Of a stretch of DNA of 64,000 bases, positions 56,991 through 64,000 are shown piece after piece. The stretch is from an uncultured delta proteobacterium (GTDB lineage: Bacteria; Desulfobacterota; Binatia; UBA9968), in contig CAWFJP010000004.1 in the NCBI GenBank assembly GCA_963816145.1, forward strand, positions 384,001 through 448,000, in the 5' to 3' direction. A model generated the notes under the pieces. That model did not search any database. It saw only the letters and a program-made list of their open reading frames with translations, and was not told where the DNA came from. Both the position numbers and the translations under genes were made by a program. The first letter of the stretch is position 1, and each line of letters starts with the position of its first letter.

Positions 56991-57521
56991 CTACTTGAGC
57001 CCCGCCAGATAAAGCAGCTCTTGGCACACGGTCCGGAAGTCATCAGCAATTTTTTCAATGTCTTCCCGGTGCGAGTTGTATCGGCGACTGTGGGCCGATT
57101 GATCTCCGACGTTCTTGAGTTTCGGCAAAGCCTGTTTCGCATTCCTTCCGATATTCCACGACGGCTCTTGGATGAGCCTATCGATCAAATCCCGCAGAAA
57201 TAAGAAGTCGCCGGTTGAAGGATTTTTGATGCTGCCTGCTATTTGGTGCCTCTCAAAGCACTCGATGATTAGCGTTTCGATCAGTCGGCGCATCATCACC
57301 GCGCAACCGTCGAACCAGCCCTTCTCGTAGCAACCGTTAATCTGAAAGACCACGCGCTCGATGTAGCCGCGAGTGCCCTTCACCATCGCGTGCGGCAACA
57401 CGAACTCGTTAAGCGGTCGAGTCCCTTCCGACGGAGGAACAAAGTTTTTCGGAGCTTCTGCACGAAGTTTTTTGACTAGATCGACAACCGCTTTAACGTC
57501 GGGGGGAAGTGGATTAGACAC
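56991..57521 (-). CDS. DUF4145 (HEPN-like) domain protein
   Basis: QINGCYE...DGCAVMMRRLIETLII...LKNVGDQSAHSRRY. A GTG start at 57521 overlaps the upstream stop by 8 nt. Confidence 0.7.
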   Translation of the reverse strand: MSNPLPPDVKAVVDLVKKLRAEAPKNFVPPSEGTRPLNEFVLPHAMVKGTRGYIERVVFQINGCYEKGWFDGCAVMMRRLIETLIIECFERHQIAGSIKNPSTGDFLFLRDLIDRLIQEPSWNIGRNAKQALPKLKNVGDQSAHSRRYNSHREDIEKIADDFRTVCQELLYLAGLK

Positions 57522-58182
57522 GTCTGTATATGTGTTTCGCCATGCTTGCAAAGATTAACTCGATTTGATCCGCTGAAGCGTCGGCAGAAATATGAATTTC
57601 AAGATTGATGTGAACTCCCGGTGCAGCAGGAGGATTTGAAAGTGCCGGATTAAAATCCGGGTTAGCAGGTGGATCGACAGCCAGTCGCTGTTTGGCTTGT
57701 TTCGCTTTTGGTCGTGTCGATTTGACCGCTTTCGCAGGCGTCTCTTTATCTGGCTGTTTCGACGCGTCAGCCTCTACAAGCACGGTGTACAGCGCGGCCA
57801 TCCGTCGTGCCGCGTTCTCCCCAGCACCTGATTGGCGGGCAAACCATCTTTCGGCTGCACCCCGATTCTCTGTCGGTTTTGAGACCGCATCTAGCAATTC
57901 CTTGGGAAACACGTCGTTTAAAATATCACGGCACACTTCCGGATAGTGATGGTCGTCGCGCCACAGTTTGGCGCGCTCGGTGGTCTTGCCTTCTTCGTCA
58001 ATGATCCCCAACACTTTGAGAAACGGTAAAACATTGGCGTTGGCGGAATTCTCCGCCATGTTCAAAACGGTTGCCAAGTACGAACCCGTAACCACACCTG
58101 GTAAGCTCTGCTTGAACTTCTTTCGCAGATTCCACCAGTGAGCGATCGGCAACATCGGGAAGCTCCTCTTCGGTTCGGCCAT
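57514..58182 (-). CDS. DUF5343-like protein (winged-helix-like N-domain, C-terminal beta-alpha tail)
   Basis: LPFLKVLGIIDEEGKTT; VHINLEIHISADASADQIELIFASMAKHIY; AGGAGG RBS. Confidence 0.65.
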   Translation of the reverse strand: MAEPKRSFPMLPIAHWWNLRKKFKQSLPGVVTGSYLATVLNMAENSANANVLPFLKVLGIIDEEGKTTERAKLWRDDHHYPEVCRDILNDVFPKELLDAVSKPTENRGAAERWFARQSGAGENAARRMAALYTVLVEADASKQPDKETPAKAVKSTRPKAKQAKQRLAVDPPANPDFNPALSNPPAAPGVHINLEIHISADASADQIELIFASMAKHIYRRV

Positions 58183-58321
58183 CTACTATCCTCCTAATCG
58201 CTTTTGTCGAAAGTACCAGGCTTCGTTAATTTGATTTTTGTCCAATGTCTAATAAGTCAAAGTCAAACATTCAAAAGAATTCGAGGCAAACGCGGCGAGA
58301 GATTCTGGTCGAAAAGGAGCT

Positions 58322-58546
58322 TCATCCCGGAAGAGTTGCGAGCTTGCGCTCGCGGTCGGCAGCGAAAGCGAGGCACGCGCGGATATCTTCAGCGGTAAGA
58401 TCGGGAAATTCAGCCAGCAATTCTTCCTGCGTCATGCCTCCTGCAAGGTATTCCAGCACGTCGGTCACCGTCATTCTCGTACCGCGAATGCAGGGCTTGC
58501 CGCTTCGCTTATCCGGCTCAATGGTAATGATTCTCTGATAATCCAT
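58322..58546 (-). CDS. DUF433 family protein (orphan antitoxin-like)
   Basis: SGKPCIRGTRMTV...LAGGMT.EELLAEFPDLT.EDIRACL.FAA. Confidence 0.9.
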   Translation of the reverse strand: MDYQRIITIEPDKRSGKPCIRGTRMTVTDVLEYLAGGMTQEELLAEFPDLTAEDIRACLAFAADRERKLATLPG

Positions 58547-59089
58547 AACCAGATAATACCACAACCCAGGGTCTCCGGAGAAGGCTCGCTTTCTCGCTTG
58601 CTAGACTGATATGAAATGGGTAGTTCAGCGGTCTGTTTTCCTCCATTCTCCCCTCGTCGCAGTCGTGTGCAGATAGTCTCCGACGCGTTGTTGGTATGAA
58701 TCAGCTAACATAAGCAATTAACCAAACAATGCCTGTCCTACTCGAACACTGACACCTGCTCACCCGTGTTTTTCGTTGCCATGTTTCTTGTTCTCCTTGC
58801 CCAACAAAGTCTTCAAGCGAAGTACCAACGATGATCGGCCGGTTGTATTGAGTCTATGAGGAAAAGCGCGCTCAAGAATGGGAAAGGATAGTGGCAGCGG
58901 CTTTGAACCGCACAATCCAGACTCAGGCCTACCCGTAAGCGCTTTAAGTTGTTTCTATCCAAGAGAACAAACGTTCTCTAGCCCTTATGCTTGTTTTGCG
59001 GCAGTATATTTAGCTAGAAGGTCTAATGAGGATAGCGCAGCACGACAGGGCAAGAATCATATCCCCACGCGTGTAGCTAGGAGAGCAGC

Positions 59090-61057
59090 TTGAAGTTACC
59101 GCTCGAGCAGCAGGCGATTTGGCATAACTGCCTTCATCCGTCGGGAACGTTTGTTGAGTTCCCCGAAGAGGATGTCGAGAGGTCGATCCCGGCGTTGTTC
59201 GAACAAATCGCGCTAAGTTATCACGACCGATTGGCCGTCAAATCCGGCGACCGCTCCATGACCTACGGTGAGTTGAACCGAAGCTCGAATCGGATCGCAA
59301 CTGCGATTTTCAACACCTTGGGTCATGGCCAAGAACCCGTAGGCGTATTGTGCCGCCACGACGCGCCTGTGGTCGCGGCGATCTTAGGAATCCTTAAGGC
59401 GGGTAAATTTTATTTGCCGATGGATGCCAATTGGCCGCGGCACCGAGCATCCACCATACTGGAAACCTCGCAAACCCGTCTCGTCGTAACCGACGACTTT
59501 CACTCTGATATCGCGGCTACCATGGTGCAGACTCAGGCAGATATCTTGAATATCGACACCCTTAATCAGGACACCGGTACCGATAATCTGGAATTGTCGC
59601 TGCCACCACAGTCCTGCGCCTATGTCATTTACACTTCCGGATCTACAGGAGAGCCAAAGGGAGTCCTGCAAAACCACCGAAACGTGATCCACTCGGTCAT
59701 GGCCAACACGAATAGTCTTCGCATTTGCCGGGAAGATCGTCTCACTGGTGTTTATCAGTATTACGCAAATGGTGGAGCTCATGATATTTTCACGGCCTTG
59801 CTGAACGGCGCGTCGCTGTTTCCCTTCGATGTCAGATGCTGGGGTCCGTCGTCGATTCCCGGATGGCTCAGCCGCGAAGCCATAACTATTTATCACTCGG
59901 TGCGAAGCGTGTTCCGCGAATTTGCGTTATCTCTGCGCGGGGATGAATCCTTTCCATCGCTGCGCGCGATCAGCCTGGGCGGAGAGAACGTGACAAAATT
60001 CGATGTCGACCTGTTCCAAAGATGTTTTTCCGACAGAGTCATCTTCGTGAACCGATTGGGCAGCACAGAATGCGGCCGAATCAGTCGATACTTTATCGAC
60101 AAAGAGACCATCATCGACACTCCGAACGTTCCGGTAGGCTACCCGAGTCCGGGCTACCAGATCGAAATTGTCGATGAGTTGGGAACAGCTCTGGCGAAGA
60201 ACATGGTCGGCGAAATTGTCGTAAAAAGTGAATTTTTATCCCCTGGCTACTGGCGCCGACCGGATCTGACAGAGGATAAATTCTCTCAGGAACCTAGGGG
60301 CGGTCCACAGCGACTGTACCGAACCGGGGATCTGGGCCGATTTTTGCCCGACGGTGGTCTCGAATATATCGGCCGCAAGGATTTTGAGGTTAAAATCGGC
60401 GGCAACCGCATTCAGATTGCTGAAATCGAATTGGCGCTGGCCGCGTTTCCATCAATAAAAGAAGTGCACGTTCTCGCACGGCAGGGAACACAGAGTGAGC
60501 CTCAATTAGTCGCGTACTACCGGGTCGAGGGGGCCGCGGACCCCAAACATTTCGAATTGAGGCGCTTTTTGCGCAATAGATTGCCCGGCATCATGATTCC
60601 ATCGGTGTTCATGAAGATCGAGAATTTTCCGCTCAGCGGTAGCAGCAAATTGGACCGCAACTCTCTGCCAATGCCGTCGAGGGGTAGACCGGATTTAGAA
60701 GCGAAGTTTGTGGCGCCTGAAACTGTCGTTGAAAAACTGCTCGCCAAGATCTGGACTGAGGTGCTTTCCATCGACCAGGTCGGCGTTAACGATAATTTTT
60801 TTGACCTTGGCGGCCACTCCCTTACGGCGACACGGGTGATCTCCCAGGTCATTACGCAATTTCGCTTGGTGCTGCCACTTCAATCTTTGTTTCAGTCGCC
60901 AACAGTCGCCGAGATGGCGGCCATCATCACACAGAACCAAGCGAAGCAAGCAAGCGACGCCGAGCTAGCTCGGATGCTGCGCGAGGTGGAGGCGATGACG
61001 GAGGACGAAGCGCAGCGGCGCGTGGACGAAATCAATTCGATAGTCTCAAATAAGTAG
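59090..61057 (+). CDS. Stand-alone NRPS-like adenylation + PCP didomain protein
   Basis: A3 YVIYTSGSTGEPKGV, A7 YRTGDLGR, A8 GRKDFEVKIGGNRI, A10-like SKLDR, PCP FFDLGGHSL, C-terminal docking-like helix. Confidence 0.9.
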   Translation: MKLPLEQQAIWHNCLHPSGTFVEFPEEDVERSIPALFEQIALSYHDRLAVKSGDRSMTYGELNRSSNRIATAIFNTLGHGQEPVGVLCRHDAPVVAAILGILKAGKFYLPMDANWPRHRASTILETSQTRLVVTDDFHSDIAATMVQTQADILNIDTLNQDTGTDNLELSLPPQSCAYVIYTSGSTGEPKGVLQNHRNVIHSVMANTNSLRICREDRLTGVYQYYANGGAHDIFTALLNGASLFPFDVRCWGPSSIPGWLSREAITIYHSVRSVFREFALSLRGDESFPSLRAISLGGENVTKFDVDLFQRCFSDRVIFVNRLGSTECGRISRYFIDKETIIDTPNVPVGYPSPGYQIEIVDELGTALAKNMVGEIVVKSEFLSPGYWRRPDLTEDKFSQEPRGGPQRLYRTGDLGRFLPDGGLEYIGRKDFEVKIGGNRIQIAEIELALAAFPSIKEVHVLARQGTQSEPQLVAYYRVEGAADPKHFELRRFLRNRLPGIMIPSVFMKIENFPLSGSSKLDRNSLPMPSRGRPDLEAKFVAPETVVEKLLAKIWTEVLSIDQVGVNDNFFDLGGHSLTATRVISQVITQFRLVLPLQSLFQSPTVAEMAAIITQNQAKQASDAELARMLREVEAMTEDEAQRRVDEINSIVSNK

Positions 61058-61573
61058 CTTGCGGTTTTTAGCCATTCGTCCGTGTACGATGTTCCGAGAG
61101 AATCGAGGAAAAGTCGCGCCACGGAAAAAGCTGGATGGGCATCGGTTATCAGTGTCCTCGATCCGTAGGCTTACACGAGTCGCTATGGGTGTCTGTCACT
61201 ATGCACATAGTGATGGTGTCAGACATGGATTATTTGATATTCGCCTTTCTCTCCTTGTCGCAGTCGTTGGCACATAGTCTCCAACTGCTTGCTGGCATGA
61301 ATCACAGCACGGGGGGGGCAGCACAGCACGATGGTAGACCCTCAACGCCGACAGAAGAATTTCACAGATCCTCGTAGGAACCGGCATTCGTCTGGCTGGT
61401 GGCCTTTGTGACATTGATATCGGCGAACGTCGGTCTATATTATTGGGTAGGTCTCTGAATTATGGACGATTGCTGTATCGATAAGAGTTGCGCTATCGAC
61501 GTGGTGAGCGTGGGGGACTGGCCTGAGTATTGACTAATGCTCGGCGAGTACAGGGTGACCCAAGTGATTATGC

Positions 61574-62173
61574 TCAATCGATCTTCCACCATTCCTGCCA
61601 TGCCTCCATATCGCGGAATAAGGGCAGGGAATCCGTCATCGCATCGCTCCGCACTAGCTGGAAGCGTTTCTTGAAAAGCTGCTCGGCTTCGGGCTCTGTC
61701 AGAGGAAACGGCGGCCCCGACGGCGACCTTTGCCCATATAAAAAGACGCCAATCAATCTGCCTCCGGCTGACAAGAGTTCTGCCATTCTGTTCACGTACT
61801 CAGGCCAGCGGGACGGAGTCATCGAACAAAGAAATGTTCGTTCGTAAATCAAGTCGAAGCGGCGTTGGCCGAAGTCGTATGTGAAGAAGTCTCCCAGAAC
61901 AACCCGTTCAGCCAAAAACCCTAGCGCATGTTTGGCTTGGTCAACGGCAGCAGGCGAAAAATCGATTGCCGAAACTTCGTACCCGGCCGCATGGAACGCC
62001 TGAATCTCGTAGCCGGAGCCACATCCCGGAATGAGCACTTTGCCCCGAACAGAAGATCTTTCAAGAAATGATTTCAACGCAGATGGAACACCGCCGAAGT
62101 CCCATGGCGTCTTACCTGCGGTGTAACGGACGGTCCAGAAATCCGGCTGGTTACTATCAGAAGAATTGTCCAT
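61574..62173 (-). CDS. Thiopurine S-methyltransferase / thiol-halide methyltransferase family
   Basis: FWTVRY..GKTPWD, VLIPGCGSGYE, GDFF, YERTFLC, GPPF. Confidence 0.88.
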   Translation of the reverse strand: MDNSSDSNQPDFWTVRYTAGKTPWDFGGVPSALKSFLERSSVRGKVLIPGCGSGYEIQAFHAAGYEVSAIDFSPAAVDQAKHALGFLAERVVLGDFFTYDFGQRRFDLIYERTFLCSMTPSRWPEYVNRMAELLSAGGRLIGVFLYGQRSPSGPPFPLTEPEAEQLFKKRFQLVRSDAMTDSLPLFRDMEAWQEWWKID

Positions 62174-62527
62174 AGCACGCCTTTAACCCTAAGCGATGCG
62201 CTTCCTGAAGACAACGAGTAGCAGCATCATGTTCTTTATTCCTGAGAACAAGGGCGTGGGGGTCCGACTTTGACTTCATAACATTCCAGAGAAAAGTTGA
62301 AACCGCCGTCCTTGTAACGTTCATCAATCCGACGGTCAGCCAATCCCCGTAAGAATTCACGCCGCCATTCGCCTTGGAATCACTGGGCCTTCTACTTTTC
62401 GATTGACTCGTCCTGCCAATTTCGTTTGACGCGGGTTGGGGTTCTATGGAACTAATTCGGACCAGCAACTAGCGTGACGCGGCGAGCTAGGGAGAATCGC
62501 CTCGCAGCGACTCAAGTGAGGAATAAA

Positions 62528-63964
62528 ATGATTGTTAAGCACTGCATCGCTCGATGGGTATTTTTGTTCTTTTGCGTAATGCTCGCCGGTTGTTCGGCGA
62601 TGTCGCCGAGCCGACCGATTGTCATTCAAGGAGCTACCCTGATCGACGGCACGGGGCGGGCGGCGCTGGCCGACTCGGTGGTGGTGCTGCAAGGCGGACG
62701 ATTCCAAGCCGTCGGCAAGCGCGGTGACGTGGCGATTCCCCAGGGCGCCGAAGTGATCGACGCCAAGGGTAAAACGCTTTTGCCGGGATTCATCGACGGT
62801 CATTGCCATTACCGCGACTGGATGGGCGAGCTGTATCTTGCCTACGGCGTGGTGACTTGTCCGAACATTTCCAACAATCCGGTTGAATGGATCACGGCGC
62901 AACGCGAAGGCGTGAAGAACGGCACCATACGCGGGCCGCGGGTGTGGGCGTCGGCCAATATCATCGACGGGCCGCCGCCGGGCGGGACCGGCACACTGCG
63001 ACGCCAGCGCACCAGCATCATTGTCGACAATGACGACGAAGCGCGCCAAGCCGTGCGGGATTTAGTTGGTAAAGGCGTTGACGGCATCAAGCTGTTCGAG
63101 CGGCTGAAACCCAACGTCGCCAAGGCGGCGGTGGACGAGGCTCACAAGCTCGGCCGGCCGGTGTTCGGCCACTCGCTGGATATTTTCACCGCGGCGGCAA
63201 ACGGCTATCAGTCGGTGGAGCATTCCTGGTCGGTGGTCTACACCTCGATTCAAGATCCCAAGAAGAAAGAGGCCCTCGACATCGGCCGCATGCGCGGCAA
63301 GATCGACACCGCCGAGGTGCACGCCGAGATGGAACCGGCGATGTTCGATAAGATCATTCGCGCCATGATCGACAAGAATCTCCACTGGAGCACCACTTGG
63401 GCGACCTGGTTCCGGCCGCTATCGAGCTACGCCCCGGAGATGAAGCAGCGCGAGTTAACGCTGTTGCGCAATCCGCAATTGAAATATCTGCCGCCGTATA
63501 TTCTCAAAGACACCGAGAGCTTCTTCGCCAAGTACGAAAAGATGGCGCCGGACAAACGCCAGCAAGTTGTGGGCGGCTTTAAAATGCTCCAGGAGTTCGT
63601 GCGCAAGTTCGCCGCCGCCGGCGGCAAGATCCACTCAGGTTCCGATCCCAACCACGTCGTGCCGGGTTATGCCATTCATGCCGAGTTGCAGATGTTGATC
63701 GAGGCCGGACTGAAGCCGGAGCAAGCGATTCGCACGGCGTCGCTCAATGTCGCCGAGGCCTGGGGCAAAGAGAAGGATTTCGGCAGCGTCGAGAAGGGCA
63801 AGGTGGCGGATCTGATTCTCATTAACGGCGATCCGCTGAAGAATATTTCCGACACGCAAAGGATCGAGATGGTATTCAGCGAAGGAATCAAGGTCGACAC
63901 TGCGTATCACGCCGACTACAAAAATCCGCTGCCGCGGCCGATCGAAGACCGGCCGGAGCAATGA
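62528..63964 (+). CDS. Amidohydrolase family lipoprotein
   Basis: Lipobox MLAGC; LIDGTG; LPGFIDGHCH; VEHS; GSD; GSVEKGKVADLILINGDPL. Confidence 0.88.
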   Translation: MIVKHCIARWVFLFFCVMLAGCSAMSPSRPIVIQGATLIDGTGRAALADSVVVLQGGRFQAVGKRGDVAIPQGAEVIDAKGKTLLPGFIDGHCHYRDWMGELYLAYGVVTCPNISNNPVEWITAQREGVKNGTIRGPRVWASANIIDGPPPGGTGTLRRQRTSIIVDNDDEARQAVRDLVGKGVDGIKLFERLKPNVAKAAVDEAHKLGRPVFGHSLDIFTAAANGYQSVEHSWSVVYTSIQDPKKKEALDIGRMRGKIDTAEVHAEMEPAMFDKIIRAMIDKNLHWSTTWATWFRPLSSYAPEMKQRELTLLRNPQLKYLPPYILKDTESFFAKYEKMAPDKRQQVVGGFKMLQEFVRKFAAAGGKIHSGSDPNHVVPGYAIHAELQMLIEAGLKPEQAIRTASLNVAEAWGKEKDFGSVEKGKVADLILINGDPLKNISDTQRIEMVFSEGIKVDTAYHADYKNPLPRPIEDRPEQ

Positions 63965-64000
63965 GGCGATCCATTGAATAGAGTTTTTCAGGTTCTTGTG

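Noticed and set aside
61059-61570. Short ORFs downstream of the NRPS-like gene and at 62157-62468
   Set aside because: No recognisable motifs or convincing RBS; they may be gene remnants, but I cannot support a call.
55200-62470. Prophage or integrative element explaining the lower-GC block
   Set aside because: No integrase, transposase, tRNA target or flanking direct repeats were found; it is treated only as an accessory island.

Overview
A GC-rich (~58-60%) bacterial chromosomal segment. Its gene content suggests an uncultured Deltaproteobacteria/Binatota-like organism (inference only). From left to right it contains: (1) a type II secretion secretin (GspD) that appears split into two overlapping genes, the second with its own signal peptide and a C-terminal SPOR domain; (2) a long cofactor-maturation operon: CoxD/CoxE/XdhC molybdoenzyme chaperones, then archaeal-type riboflavin kinase, UbiX, type-2 IPP isomerase and two split-barrel flavin-binding proteins (an apparent prenylated-FMN supply line), then MacAB; (3) a sigma54-controlled accessory cluster with decayed genes; (4) a promoter-to-terminator unit with no long ORF; (5) rnr, an AsmA-family gene and a paaFGHJ-like beta-oxidation cluster with a TetR regulator; (6) a frameshifted peroxiredoxin, a VIT1 transporter, a Zra-like two-component system, nfo and DUF885; (7) a non-canonical GrdE/GrdB-like reductase pair with an in-frame Sec codon; (8) aldolase and LigJ-like genes, a BrnT toxin-antitoxin pair, an EVE protein and a His-rich methyltransferase; (9) a small CxxU AhpD/CMD-like selenoprotein gene missed by the ORF track; (10) a putative anti-phage island (PUA-like/NucS nuclease, HhH-type protein, DUF5343+DUF4145, DUF433); (11) a stand-alone NRPS A-PCP gene, TPMT and an amidohydrolase. 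Many intergenic REP/MITE-like palindromes occur. I found no rRNA, tRNA, CRISPR array or transposase. All family calls are from motif recognition by eye; no database searches were run.
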